A stretch of DNA of 64,000 bases from NCBI GenBank assembly GCA_018062135.1, contig JAGOSW010000001.1, positions 3,210 through 67,209 on the forward strand, read 5' to 3'. The notes beneath the pieces are model-generated. The model did not search any database. It saw nothing but the letters and a program-made list of their open reading frames with translations, and had not been told where the DNA came from. This DNA is from Candidatus Woesebacteria bacterium. GTDB taxonomy: Bacteria; Patescibacteriota; Microgenomatia; UBA1406; HO2-37-13b. A program made the translations under genes and the position numbers. Positions within the stretch are counted from its first letter, which is position 1; every line of letters begins with the position of its first letter. This document shows, one piece after another, positions 19,294-29,268 of this stretch.

Positions 19294-19869
19294 ATGCTGC
19301 AAGAAATTATTCCGTCTAAAACTAGACGAAAGATTCTGTCGCTATTCCTCAATAACGTCGATGAGGCGTATCATCTACGTCGTATCGGGAGAGAAGTTGA
19401 AGAAGAAATAAATGCGGTAAAAAGGGAGCTTGATATATTAGAAAAGGCAAAAATTCTCAAAAAAGAAAAGCGGCTGAACAAATCAATTTACGTCATTAAT
19501 CAAAAACATTTATATTTTGACGAACTTCTTAAGCTTCAAGCCAAACATAATACTATTGCAACAGAATTAAGAAAGAGCTCCTCACTGTTAGGAAAAGCAT
19601 ATTTTGTTGCAATGTCATTAAAATTACAGCGTAAAGCAGAGATTAGCGAAAGTGAGGTTTATATGGTTTTTGTGGGAACAATCGTAGCAGCAGAAGTGCA
19701 GAAAATAGTGCAAGCCGCACAAACTGAGTACCCATTTGATGTGAACTATACTATAATGCCAAAAGATGAATTCGAATATAGAAAAAGAAAAAACGACCCT
19801 TTTATTTGGAAGTTTCTTAAAGAGCCAAAAGTTATGTTAGTTGGTGACGAAGGCGATTTCATGGCATGA
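19294..19869 (+). CDS. hypothetical protein, possible N-terminal winged-helix domain
   Basis: A 191-aa ORF overlapping the secD start by 4 nt (ATGA coupling). The N-terminus RRKILSLFL..YHLRRIGR resembles wHTH. Confidence 0.55.
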   Translation: MLQEIIPSKTRRKILSLFLNNVDEAYHLRRIGREVEEEINAVKRELDILEKAKILKKEKRLNKSIYVINQKHLYFDELLKLQAKHNTIATELRKSSSLLGKAYFVAMSLKLQRKAEISESEVYMVFVGTIVAAEVQKIVQAAQTEYPFDVNYTIMPKDEFEYRKRKNDPFIWKFLKEPKVMLVGDEGDFMA

Positions 19870-21251
19870 AAAAAATACCTTTTGGCGCCATATTTTTTGT
19901 TATTCTTGTTTGTCTTACACTGCTTATAGATCTTCCAACTAATCAAAGAGTTAATTTTGCTGTGGGTCCACTAAAAGTTGATCGTGTCATAAGCCCTCCA
20001 AAGATCGACTTTACCCTCTTTGGTAAAAGATTTGAACGTACATTTGAAACAAAACTCGGATTAGACCTGCGTGGAGGAAGTCATTTGCTTTTTGAAGCTG
20101 ACATAAAAAATGTCCCCGCAGCGGATGTTGAGGGCGCATTAGAATCAGCACGAAATGTTATAGAGCGAAGAGTAAATTTTTATGGCGTGTCCGAGCCACA
20201 AGTTCAAACAATAAAGAATAAAGACACGTATCGTATTTCAGTCGATTTACCTGGTATTGAAAGTGTTGATCAGGCGATTAAATTAATTGGCCAAACTGCG
20301 CAACTTGAATTTAAAGAAGAAGGAACCGCATCTGCGGAACTTCAGCAAATCGCGTCCCAGTCGCCACAACTTGCACTTATTCTTTCCTTAAATAAGCCTA
20401 CGGGTTTGAAAGGTACCAATGTTAAAAAAGCGACGGTAGAATTTGGTCAGGGAACTGGCCAGAATCTTGGCGCACCTTCGGTGCAACTTACTTTTGATAG
20501 TGAAGGAGAAAAACTCTTTCAAGAAATCACGAAAAGAAATGTAGGAAAACAAGTTGGTATTTTTCTTGATGATCAAATATTATCCGCGCCAAGTGTTCAA
20601 CAAGAAATTAGTGGAGGCACGGCAATTATTACTGGCCAATTTACTCTCGAAGAAGCAAAAAGCCTTGCCCTATCAATAAATTCTGGAGCGCTGCCCATTC
20701 CGATAAAGCTTATTGAGCAGCGCACAATTGGACCCAGTATTGGTCAGGAAGCAATAGAGAAGAGCGTTTTTGCTGGGGGTGTTGGATTGGTTTCAGTTGT
20801 ACTCTTCATGATCCTCTATTATGGTAAATTTGGCGTTATTGCAACGATGGGACTTGTATTATATGGCCTTTTCTCTTTCGCTATTTTCAGAATTATTCCG
20901 ATCGTCTTAACGCTTCCCGGAATCGCCGGATTTATTTTATCGATCGGAATGGCAGTTGATTCTAACATTCTTATTTTTGAAAGAATTAAAGAAGAGATGC
21001 GTAAAGGAAAGCCGTTTGATGTCGCAGTACGTCTAGGCTTTGGTAAGGCTCTTGATGCAATAAAAGATGCGAATGTCGCCACGCTACTGGTGGCGTTTAT
21101 TTTATTCAATCCGTTGAACTGGAGTTTCTTCCCACAATTTGGTCTTATAAAAGGTTTTGCATTGACGCTTTCGATTGGTGTACTCACGAGTTTATTTACC
21201 GGTATATTTATCACACGTCGTTTGCTTGAGTTCTTTATTAAAAAACCATGA
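19866..21251 (+). CDS. secD: protein translocase subunit SecD
   Basis: LGLDLRGGS motif, a periplasmic domain, and a C-terminal 6-TM bundle with MAVDSNILIFERIKEE. Confidence 0.92.
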   Translation: MKKIPFGAIFFVILVCLTLLIDLPTNQRVNFAVGPLKVDRVISPPKIDFTLFGKRFERTFETKLGLDLRGGSHLLFEADIKNVPAADVEGALESARNVIERRVNFYGVSEPQVQTIKNKDTYRISVDLPGIESVDQAIKLIGQTAQLEFKEEGTASAELQQIASQSPQLALILSLNKPTGLKGTNVKKATVEFGQGTGQNLGAPSVQLTFDSEGEKLFQEITKRNVGKQVGIFLDDQILSAPSVQQEISGGTAIITGQFTLEEAKSLALSINSGALPIPIKLIEQRTIGPSIGQEAIEKSVFAGGVGLVSVVLFMILYYGKFGVIATMGLVLYGLFSFAIFRIIPIVLTLPGIAGFILSIGMAVDSNILIFERIKEEMRKGKPFDVAVRLGFGKALDAIKDANVATLLVAFILFNPLNWSFFPQFGLIKGFALTLSIGVLTSLFTGIFITRRLLEFFIKKP

Positions 21252-22096
21252 TTAATTTTCTAAAATACACAAAATTATATTTTGCACTTTCAGCAGTCGT
21301 TATTGCTATTGGCATGTTTACCCTTTTTTCGAAAGGACTCAATCTCTCAATAGATTTTACAGGTGGAAGTATGTTGGAGTACTCATTTGAAAAAGATATT
21401 ACAACTGATGAAATACAAAAAGTCTTTAACGATAAAAGTATTGAAGTTTCTTCAATTGCTACACAAGGACCAAAACGCGTCATCTTAAGAGCTGAGGCGC
21501 TTTCGGAAACTCAAGAAGTCGATGTCCGCACAGCACTTAGTGCAAAACAACTACGTTTTGATTCGGTAGGACCAGTTTTAGGGCTCGAAACGATTCGTAA
21601 AACATTTTATGCATCTGTAGTCGCCGTATTCGGCATTCTTCTATATATAAGTTTTACGTTTAGAAAATTGAGTTATGGTGTCGCAGCAGTCACTGCGCTT
21701 TTGCATGACTTGCTTGTTTTGTTTGGCGTATATGCAATTTTAGCTCGCTTTGGTGCAGAGATTGACACACTATTTATCACTGCAGTATTAACGACAATGT
21801 CATTTTCGGTACACGATACGATTGTTATGTTCGATAAGATTCGCGAATATAAGAAGACGTCTGGATTGGGAATTGAGGTTTTGGCGAACAAAGCTTTGAC
21901 AGAAACAATTGTACGTTCGGTAAATAATTCTCTAACAATTATTCTAATGCTTGTCCCACTCACACTTTTTGGCGGCGACGCAGTAAGATTCTTTGCAGCC
22001 GCACTTTTGATTGGTACGATTACAGGAACATATTCTTCTCCCTGTATTGCGACGCCACTTCTCGTCTTATTGGAAAGGCGTCGAAACAGCCGCTAG
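21248..22096 (+). CDS. secF: protein translocase subunit SecF
   Basis: GLNLSIDFTGGS motif and HDTIVMFDKIRE. Overlaps secD by 4 nt. Confidence 0.92.
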   Translation: MINFLKYTKLYFALSAVVIAIGMFTLFSKGLNLSIDFTGGSMLEYSFEKDITTDEIQKVFNDKSIEVSSIATQGPKRVILRAEALSETQEVDVRTALSAKQLRFDSVGPVLGLETIRKTFYASVVAVFGILLYISFTFRKLSYGVAAVTALLHDLLVLFGVYAILARFGAEIDTLFITAVLTTMSFSVHDTIVMFDKIREYKKTSGLGIEVLANKALTETIVRSVNNSLTIILMLVPLTLFGGDAVRFFAAALLIGTITGTYSSPCIATPLLVLLERRRNSR

Positions 22097-22342
22097 CTTT
22101 AAATCCGGAACATCTTCAGGCGTCATATATTGACGCTCTACAACTCCTGACCTGGGAAATACTTCTGTAACGATTGGAGTTGGTGTTGGTGCATTGGTCA
22201 TTGCATCGAAAGGAGAAGAAATCGGCTCCGGCTGGCGGAACGCAAAAAATATTACAGCAGCAGCAAGAGGGATATCAAGCCACCAAAGGATTTTACTTGC
22301 GGGGTCTTCATCATACCCGTCTATGGGATCATGATCTGGCAT
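22067..22342 (-). CDS. small hypothetical membrane protein
   Basis: A 91-aa ORF with one TM (ILWWLDIPLAAAVIFFAF). The only substantial ORF in this gap. Confidence 0.4.
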   Translation of the reverse strand: MPDHDPIDGYDEDPASKILWWLDIPLAAAVIFFAFRQPEPISSPFDAMTNAPTPTPIVTEVFPRSGVVERQYMTPEDVPDLKLAAVSTPFQ

Positions 22343-22385
22343 CAGAAGTATTATACATCAACCTTTCATTTGCTATACTTTGGGC

Positions 22386-23246
22386 ATGGATGAAGACAAA
22401 TATAAGGCGGTCTGGCTTTCTTACTCGTCACTGAGCGATTTTACCGCATGTCCACGCGCATATTACTTTGCAAATGTATACAAAAATCCACTGAGTGGAA
22501 AAAAAATCGCGATCATTAATCCTTGGCTTTCTTTGGGGCAGGCTGTACACAGCACATTAGAATCACTCTCAACGCTTCCCGTTGAAGATCGGTTTGAGAA
22601 GTCGTTGGCATTACGTTTTGAGGAAGATTGGAAAAAAGTAACAGGAAAACAAGGGGGTTTTTTATCAGAAGCACAAGAAAAAACGTTTAAAGAAAGAGGA
22701 ATTCAGATGATTGCAAAAGTTGAAGAAAATCCTGGACCCTTGTTAAATAAGGCGATCAAGACAAAAGAAGATTTACCAAATTATTGGTTTTCAAAAGAAG
22801 AAGGAATGGTTTTGTGTGGAAAAATTGATTGGCTTGAGTATCTTGAAGAAGAAGACGCAGTTCATATTATTGATTTCAAGACGGGTCGCCGTACCGAAGC
22901 AGAAGGCTCGTTGCAACTGCCCATTTATTATTTGTTGACGACCAATATCCAATCTCGACCTGTGAAGAAAATGAGTTACTGGTATCTTGATGAGAGCAAT
23001 CCGCTCGATTTAGAAAGCGTCAATCTTCCCGATGTAAAAAACGCCGAAAAAGAAATAATGGAAATTGCGAAACGCATAAAACTAGCTAGGCAGTTGAATC
23101 ACTTTAAATGTGCCACCGATGAAAAAAATGGATGTATTCATTGTGCGCCGTACGAAGCCATTACAAAAGGTAAAGGAGAATTTGCTGGTATTAATATTTA
23201 TAATCGAGAGGTCTATCTTTTATCGAGCGAAGCGACGAGTCTTTAA
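22386..23246 (+). CDS. PD-(D/E)XK nuclease family protein (Cas4/AddB-type with Cys4 cluster)
   Basis: GKIDWLEY...HIIDFKTGR (D..D/ExK). One N-terminal Cys (TACPRAYYF) plus C-terminal CATDEKNGCIHC. TATACT at 22374-22379 lies 6 nt before ATG 22386. Confidence 0.78.
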   Translation: MDEDKYKAVWLSYSSLSDFTACPRAYYFANVYKNPLSGKKIAIINPWLSLGQAVHSTLESLSTLPVEDRFEKSLALRFEEDWKKVTGKQGGFLSEAQEKTFKERGIQMIAKVEENPGPLLNKAIKTKEDLPNYWFSKEEGMVLCGKIDWLEYLEEEDAVHIIDFKTGRRTEAEGSLQLPIYYLLTTNIQSRPVKKMSYWYLDESNPLDLESVNLPDVKNAEKEIMEIAKRIKLARQLNHFKCATDEKNGCIHCAPYEAITKGKGEFAGINIYNREVYLLSSEATSL

Positions 23247-23247
23247 A

Positions 23248-23499
23248 TTACGCAGTTTTGCTTCCTTTATTCTTACGAAAACGGTTTAGGACTATTTGAG
23301 CAATTGTTAATCCGACGGCTGATGCAATGCCACTTTTCTTACTTTGAAATACATGGGCCGCTTTTGCAACAAAACTAGATTTAAATACTTTGATTTGATA
23401 TCTGACGTAATACACAAGAATAAGGCATGTAATGGCAATGCCAATCCATAAAACCATAGCAACAATACCAATTGTGTAGAAGATTGACTCAAGTGTCAT
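23248..23499 (-). CDS. small membrane protein
   Basis: An 83-aa ORF with two hydrophobic helices. Confidence 0.45.
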   Translation of the reverse strand: MTLESIFYTIGIVAMVLWIGIAITCLILVYYVRYQIKVFKSSFVAKAAHVFQSKKSGIASAVGLTIAQIVLNRFRKNKGSKTA

Positions 23500-23523
23500 A
23501 TAGAAATATTATATCATTTTAGC

Positions 23524-23529
23524 TATAAT
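23524..23529 (+). promoter_or_regulatory. -10 box (TATAAT) 8 nt upstream of ATG 23538
   Basis: The sequence reads agcTATAATcacatcacATG, with no SD. Confidence 0.45.
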
Positions 23530-23537
23530 CACATCAC

Positions 23538-24215
23538 ATGAGAAAGGAAGTGCTTTTATTATTATTCATTGTTGCATTCGCTGGTATAGTCTATTTATTA
23601 ATATCATCCAGCGAATCATCGTTACAAAATAACATGCAATCAAAAAAGAAGACAACACAACCATCTGAAGAAGTTACAATGCCAACAGGCTCTGCGAAAG
23701 TTAAAAAAAGTTACCCAGCGGCTCCAAAAATGACGATAGACACAGCTAAAAGCTATACGGCGACACTTAAAACCAATATGGGCGACATGGTAATTGCACT
23801 TGATGTAAAAAATGCTCCAAAGACTGTCAATAATTTTGTGTTTCTCGCGCAAAAAGATTTTTATGATGGCACGATTTTTCATCGTGTAATTAAAGATTTT
23901 ATGATTCAGGGGGGGGACCCAGATGGTATTGGAACAGGAGGACCAGGATACCAATTCGAGGATGAAATTAACGCAGCACAAGTATTTAATAAAGCCGGGC
24001 TGCTTGCAATGGCAAACTCTGGTCCGAACACAAATGGCTCACAATTCTTTATCACGCAAAAAGAAACTCCCTGGCTAACAGGTAATCACACAATTTTTGG
24101 AGCAGTCACAAAAGGAATGGATATTGTAGATAAGATCGCTCTGACAGCCACTGGTAATAACGACAAGCCGCTAAAGGATGTCATTATTACAGATGTGGTA
24201 ATAGAGGAGAAATAA
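23538..24215 (+). CDS. peptidylprolyl isomerase, cyclophilin type, membrane-anchored/secreted
   Basis: FHRVIKDFMIQGGDP and GLLAMANSGPNTNGSQFFIT motifs. N-terminal TM. Confidence 0.93.
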   Translation: MRKEVLLLLFIVAFAGIVYLLISSSESSLQNNMQSKKKTTQPSEEVTMPTGSAKVKKSYPAAPKMTIDTAKSYTATLKTNMGDMVIALDVKNAPKTVNNFVFLAQKDFYDGTIFHRVIKDFMIQGGDPDGIGTGGPGYQFEDEINAAQVFNKAGLLAMANSGPNTNGSQFFITQKETPWLTGNHTIFGAVTKGMDIVDKIALTATGNNDKPLKDVIITDVVIEEK

Positions 24216-24223
24216 TCCAGGTA

Positions 24224-24853
24224 ATGCGTATTGAAACATTAATTTTAGGCGAGCTAAAGACAAACTGCTATTTGCTTATCGAAAGAGACAGGTGCCTCTT
24301 GATAGATCCGGCTGATTCAGCGGATTTTATTCTTGAAAAAATTGTGCGCGAGAATCTTACATTAATGGGAATTCTCGCGACACATGGACACTTTGACCAC
24401 ATTTTATGTGTAGGAGAAATTCAACTTTCTTTGCCCGTTCCCTTATACATCGATAAGAACGATGAATTTTTAGTTAAAAGATTGAACAAAACTGCTGCGC
24501 ATTTTCTTGGGTATGATCCGACAGCGGTCGAACCGTTGAAAAAAACATTCTTTCCTGATGGTGATGAGGATATTGGCATGGATCCGTTTTCCTTTCGGCT
24601 TATTCATGTGCCGGGTCATACGCCGGGGAGCGTCGCATTTTACTTTCCAAGAGAACAAGCTATCTTCACAGGCGACACGCTCTTTAAAGATGCGATTGGG
24701 CGCACTGATTTGTCTTATTCTGATAAAAAGGAATTGAGAAATTCGTTGGCAAAATTATGGAAACTTCCTGAAGAAACTTTTGTGTATTCTGGCCACGGGG
24801 AAGAAACTACAATTGGTGAGTCAGCTCCTCTAAGAGAGCTTTTCGCTCATTAG
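24224..24853 (+). CDS. MBL-fold metallo-hydrolase
   Basis: THGHFDH motif and HVPGHTPGS. Confidence 0.88.
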   Translation: MRIETLILGELKTNCYLLIERDRCLLIDPADSADFILEKIVRENLTLMGILATHGHFDHILCVGEIQLSLPVPLYIDKNDEFLVKRLNKTAAHFLGYDPTAVEPLKKTFFPDGDEDIGMDPFSFRLIHVPGHTPGSVAFYFPREQAIFTGDTLFKDAIGRTDLSYSDKKELRNSLAKLWKLPEETFVYSGHGEETTIGESAPLRELFAH

Positions 24854-26156
24854 GGAGGTTTTTTTCAACAACTTTTTCGAAAAGATCGTCGAGTATTTTT
24901 CCAATTTCTGGTCCTGGTTTTATATTGAGTTCTTTCATCACATCATGGCCAGAAATTTTTAGATCGGTTACCGTAAATGGTTTTTTCTGTACCTCAATAA
25001 GTCTTCTTTTGAAAAGATCTGTGCGCCAAGAAGTCGGTGTTGCGCCACCTCCTATCCGATCTCCTGTGCGCAACGCCATCATATCCTCAAGATTTTCACG
25101 TCCAATAGTTCGAATAAACCGTCGTAGTGCGCTATCTGTCTGGTTTTCGACAACAGAAAACATATGGTGACGCACAAGAATAACAAGTTTTTCTTTCTGC
25201 TTTTTCGAAAGTCGAAAGCGATCTGCAATTTTTTCTGTTTGCATGGCACCCACTTTTTCATGATTATAAAAAGTTATGGTGCCCGTTTCTTTATCTTGCG
25301 AAACTGTTTCTGCTTTTCCTATGTCATGCAGCAGCGTCGCAAAGCGAGTAATAGGATCTTGTGATGGGCAGTTTCGCAAAGCCTCAACAAGATGTGTTCC
25401 CACATCAAACACATGGTGTCTTCCTGGACTTTTTTGTTCGATGCCAAAACACGCTTCTAATTCCGGAAGAATATATTTCAACAATCCGACTTGTTTTAAA
25501 AACAAAATGCCATCTGCGGGATGATCACTTTCTAGAATTTTAAAGAACTCATCCCTGACTCTTTCCCCAGAAATAGATGTAATACGTTCCGCATGTTTTT
25601 CGATAGCGCTGCGCGTACTATCGTCGATCAGAAATTCTAGCTGTGTTGCAAAGCGAATTGCCCGCATAAGACGCAGCGCGTCCTCTTCGAAACGCTTATC
25701 TGGATCACCAACAGCTCTGATCAGTTTTTTTTCCAAGTCTTTCACCCCTTCAACGTAATCAAGAATTTCTTCCCCATCAGTCGCGAGGGCATTAATCGTA
25801 AAATCGCGTCGTTGCACATCTTCTTCCAAGCTGTCAGACCAATCTATCTTATCTGGATGCCTGTTATCAGAGTAAGAACTTTCCTTTCGGAATGGGGTGA
25901 CTTCTGTAAGAATTTTTTCATCTTTGTGCTGTATGATTGTAGTCACGGTACCGAAATCGTTCTCGCAAAAAGACTGTGGGAAGAGAGTCATTATTTGATC
26001 AGGCGTTGCATTTGTCGTAAAATCCCAATTATGTATTGGTCGGTCCATAAGTAGATCACGAACAGGGCCACCTACCACATAAATAAGATAACCGTTTTCA
26101 CGGAATATCTTCATAAAATCCATAATTGGCTGCGGTAAAGGTTTGGGCAATTGCAT
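24807..26156 (-). CDS. cca: CCA tRNA nucleotidyltransferase with HD domain
   Basis: VGGPVRDLLM...DFTT polymerase-beta head, RRDFTINA, and HD motif LLHDIGK. Confidence 0.85.
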   Translation of the reverse strand: MQLPKPLPQPIMDFMKIFRENGYLIYVVGGPVRDLLMDRPIHNWDFTTNATPDQIMTLFPQSFCENDFGTVTTIIQHKDEKILTEVTPFRKESSYSDNRHPDKIDWSDSLEEDVQRRDFTINALATDGEEILDYVEGVKDLEKKLIRAVGDPDKRFEEDALRLMRAIRFATQLEFLIDDSTRSAIEKHAERITSISGERVRDEFFKILESDHPADGILFLKQVGLLKYILPELEACFGIEQKSPGRHHVFDVGTHLVEALRNCPSQDPITRFATLLHDIGKAETVSQDKETGTITFYNHEKVGAMQTEKIADRFRLSKKQKEKLVILVRHHMFSVVENQTDSALRRFIRTIGRENLEDMMALRTGDRIGGGATPTSWRTDLFKRRLIEVQKKPFTVTDLKISGHDVMKELNIKPGPEIGKILDDLFEKVVEKNLPNERKALLEELTHQL

Positions 26157-26173
26157 AGCGATATTTTACTACA

Positions 26174-27859
26174 ATGGACATAAAAATAAACATCAAGCAG
26201 AAAATAGATGCAGCTATTTCCCCCGAAACATTCGTGCAACTTTTATTAAAAGAGCGCGGTATAGAGGATATCGCAGATTTCATGCAGCCTCCGCATCCAT
26301 CTACGATTCCGCTACCCTTTTTCTTTAAAGAAAAACCCTCATTTAAAAAAGATTGGGCGGCAGTTATTACATTACTTAAAAAAATTCATGCAAGCGGCGA
26401 AACTATTGTTGTTTACACAGATTATGATGCCGATGGCGTAACGGGAGGCACTATTTTATGGGAAGCGCTGCATAAGCTTGGTTTTAAAACGATGCCTTAT
26501 ATTCCCGATCGAAAAAAAGAGGGCTATGGATTTTCAGAAATCGGCCTTGATCATGTTAAGAAAGAATTTAACCCGGCGCTTATTTTCAGTGTAGATCATG
26601 GTATTGTCGCACACAAACAAATTACGTATGCAAAAGAGAAGTTGGGGATACCGATTGTCGTCACCGATCATCATCAAATGCAAGAAATAGAGCCTCAAGA
26701 CGCTCTGGCAGTATTTCATGTCACTTCATTATGCGGTAGTAGTGTCGCTTATTTTGTCGCGAAAGAATTAGCGAAAGAATTTGGCGCTCCCGGAGAAGAA
26801 AATGGAGGCTTGCAAGAATTTAAACGAGATTATATAGCTCTAGCCGCCACAGGAACAATCGCTGACTTAGTGTCGCTGACGGGAGTATCGCGAAGCGTTG
26901 CAAAGTATGGACTTGAAGCATACTCTTCTTCTGTCCGTTATGGTCTGCGCCACATACTAAAACAAGCAGGACTTGATGGAAAGCCGATAACACCCTATGA
27001 GGTCGGCTACATAATCGCTCCGCGCATTAACGCATTCGGGCGACTTGATCATGCGCTTGAGGCAATGCGATTACTATGCACAAAATCATATGCAAAAGCA
27101 GTGGAATTGGCCGCAAAAGCAGGGACTATAAATAAAACGCGCCAGGATCTTGTGGGTGTTGCACAAAAAAAAGCGGACAAGTTAGCGGACAGCGAGAAAA
27201 AGATAATAATTGTCCGCGATGATAGTTGGGAAGAAGGCATTATCGGTCTTATTGCAGGAAAGCTCATGAACAAACATAGTAAGCCAGTCATTGTTATGAC
27301 AAGATCAAATGGCCATGCAAAAGCATCGGTGCGATCAATCCCGGGCGTCGATATAACAAAGTTTTTGACGTCAAAAGAAATAAGAAAGCACTTAACAAAC
27401 GTCGGTGGGCACGCAGCAGCTGCGGGATTTTCGATTCCTTTAGAAAATATTGACGAATTTACAAAAGCTGCTCAAGCAAAAGCCGAAAAAGAAATTACAA
27501 AAGAAATGATGCGACCAGTTATCAACGTAGATTTTGAAGTTCCTATTTCGTTCGTAACGATGGATTTAGTGAAGAAGCTTTCACAACTCGAACCTTTTGG
27601 CATGGGAAATCCGCAACCTAATTTTATCGTAGAAGGAACTATAAAAGATCTTATGCCTTTTGGGAAAAAGAAAGAATATGTCCGTATTAATATGTTTGAT
27701 GGTGATATGTCATTTCTTGAAGTCACTTTTTTTGATAAACCACAAGTCCCTTTAAAAATCGGTGATACGATTCGGGCAATTTTCACTTTAAAAATTGATA
27801 CCTGGGGTGGTAAGATAAAACTTGCTGCCATGGGACGTCATGTAAGCAATAAAGTATAA
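26174..27859 (+). CDS. recJ: single-stranded-DNA-specific exonuclease RecJ
   Basis: DHH motifs DYDADGVTG, VTDHH and GGHAAAAG. Confidence 0.9.
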   Translation: MDIKINIKQKIDAAISPETFVQLLLKERGIEDIADFMQPPHPSTIPLPFFFKEKPSFKKDWAAVITLLKKIHASGETIVVYTDYDADGVTGGTILWEALHKLGFKTMPYIPDRKKEGYGFSEIGLDHVKKEFNPALIFSVDHGIVAHKQITYAKEKLGIPIVVTDHHQMQEIEPQDALAVFHVTSLCGSSVAYFVAKELAKEFGAPGEENGGLQEFKRDYIALAATGTIADLVSLTGVSRSVAKYGLEAYSSSVRYGLRHILKQAGLDGKPITPYEVGYIIAPRINAFGRLDHALEAMRLLCTKSYAKAVELAAKAGTINKTRQDLVGVAQKKADKLADSEKKIIIVRDDSWEEGIIGLIAGKLMNKHSKPVIVMTRSNGHAKASVRSIPGVDITKFLTSKEIRKHLTNVGGHAAAAGFSIPLENIDEFTKAAQAKAEKEITKEMMRPVINVDFEVPISFVTMDLVKKLSQLEPFGMGNPQPNFIVEGTIKDLMPFGKKKEYVRINMFDGDMSFLEVTFFDKPQVPLKIGDTIRAIFTLKIDTWGGKIKLAAMGRHVSNKV

Positions 27860-27866
27860 TAGCCAT

Positions 27867-29264
27867 ATGAAGAAAACATGGATTAGCGAAACACCAGGAC
27901 TTGTTGGAAAAACCGTCGAACTATACGGCTGGGCACAGACCGTAAGAGATCATAAAAAAGTAGTTTTTATCGATTTGCGTGACTCAACAGGATTTGTGCA
28001 GGTTGTAGGAAACGAAGAGCTCTCCAGTATAACTTCAGAATCTGTCATTTATATTAAAGGCCTCGTTAAAGAAAGACCCGCACATATGGCCAACGATAAA
28101 ATTCTGACAGGATCTATTGAAATTGAAGTCCAAGAGCATCGCGTTATCTCTGTCAGTAAGCCACTTCCCATGCCGATCGACGACGACGGTTATAAGATTG
28201 ATGAAGAAATTCGCAATCAATATCGTTATCTCGATCTTCGACGATTGCGCATGGCAGACAACATAAAAATGCGCAATAAAGTTGTCTCATTCATAAGACA
28301 CTTTTTAAGTGAACGACGTTTTACAGAAATAGACACGCCAATATTGACAAAGACTTCTCCAGAAGGAGCGCGAGACTTTATTGTCCCCTCACGATTACAA
28401 CCTGAAAAATTTTATGCACTTCCACAATCACCACAACAATACAAACAATTATTGATGATTGCGGGATTTGAGCGCTACTTTCAAATTGCTCGATGTTTCC
28501 GTGATGAGGACCCACGAAAGGATCGCGCATACGGGGAATTTTCACAGCTAGACATGGAGATGTCTTTCGTTGAACAAAATGATATTTTAGAGCTTGTTGA
28601 AGAGCTTTTTACCAACATGATTAAGGAGCTGTTTCCAGAAAAACATATCACGCAATCACCATGGCCACGCATCTCACATAAAGAAGCAAAGGAAAAATAT
28701 GGAAACGATAAACCTGATTTAAGAAAAGACCCCAATGATCCTCATGAATTAGCATTTGCATGGGTCTTAGATTTCCCACTTTTCACAGAGCAAAGCTCTG
28801 AAGATTTCTATCATGGCTCTGGAAATGCAAAGTATGCACCATCGCACCATATGTTTACCGCACCACATCCAGATGATATTCCACTGCTAGAGACCGATCC
28901 GCTGAAAGTTCGTGGACTACAGCATGACTTGGCTCTAAACGGATTTGAAGTTGGCGGGGGAAGTATCCGCATTCACCAACCAGAAGTTCAAAGCAAGATT
29001 TTTGATTTGATCGGATTTTCTGAAGAACAAAAAGCTCGTTTTTCTGATATGCTCGAGGCCTTTACGTATGGAGTTCCTCCACATGGCGGAATTGCTCCAG
29101 GCATCGATCGTCTTCTTATGGCTTTGCTCGGCGAGCCTTCAGTTAGAGAAGTAATTCCGTTCCCTGCATCTGCAAGTGGAAAAACTGCCGTAATGGATGC
29201 GCCATCAACTGTTGAACAAAGCCAACTTGATGAACTTGGAATCCACATAAAAACAAAAAAGTAA
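27867..29264 (+). CDS. aspS: aspartate--tRNA ligase, bacterial-type sequence but lacking the GAD insertion domain
   Basis: FYALPQSPQQYKQLLMIAGFERYFQIARCFRDEDPRKDR, GGGSIRIH and GIAPGIDRL. Only 465 aa. Confidence 0.93.
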   Translation: MKKTWISETPGLVGKTVELYGWAQTVRDHKKVVFIDLRDSTGFVQVVGNEELSSITSESVIYIKGLVKERPAHMANDKILTGSIEIEVQEHRVISVSKPLPMPIDDDGYKIDEEIRNQYRYLDLRRLRMADNIKMRNKVVSFIRHFLSERRFTEIDTPILTKTSPEGARDFIVPSRLQPEKFYALPQSPQQYKQLLMIAGFERYFQIARCFRDEDPRKDRAYGEFSQLDMEMSFVEQNDILELVEELFTNMIKELFPEKHITQSPWPRISHKEAKEKYGNDKPDLRKDPNDPHELAFAWVLDFPLFTEQSSEDFYHGSGNAKYAPSHHMFTAPHPDDIPLLETDPLKVRGLQHDLALNGFEVGGGSIRIHQPEVQSKIFDLIGFSEEQKARFSDMLEAFTYGVPPHGGIAPGIDRLLMALLGEPSVREVIPFPASASGKTAVMDAPSTVEQSQLDELGIHIKTKK

Positions 29265-29268
29265 ATGC

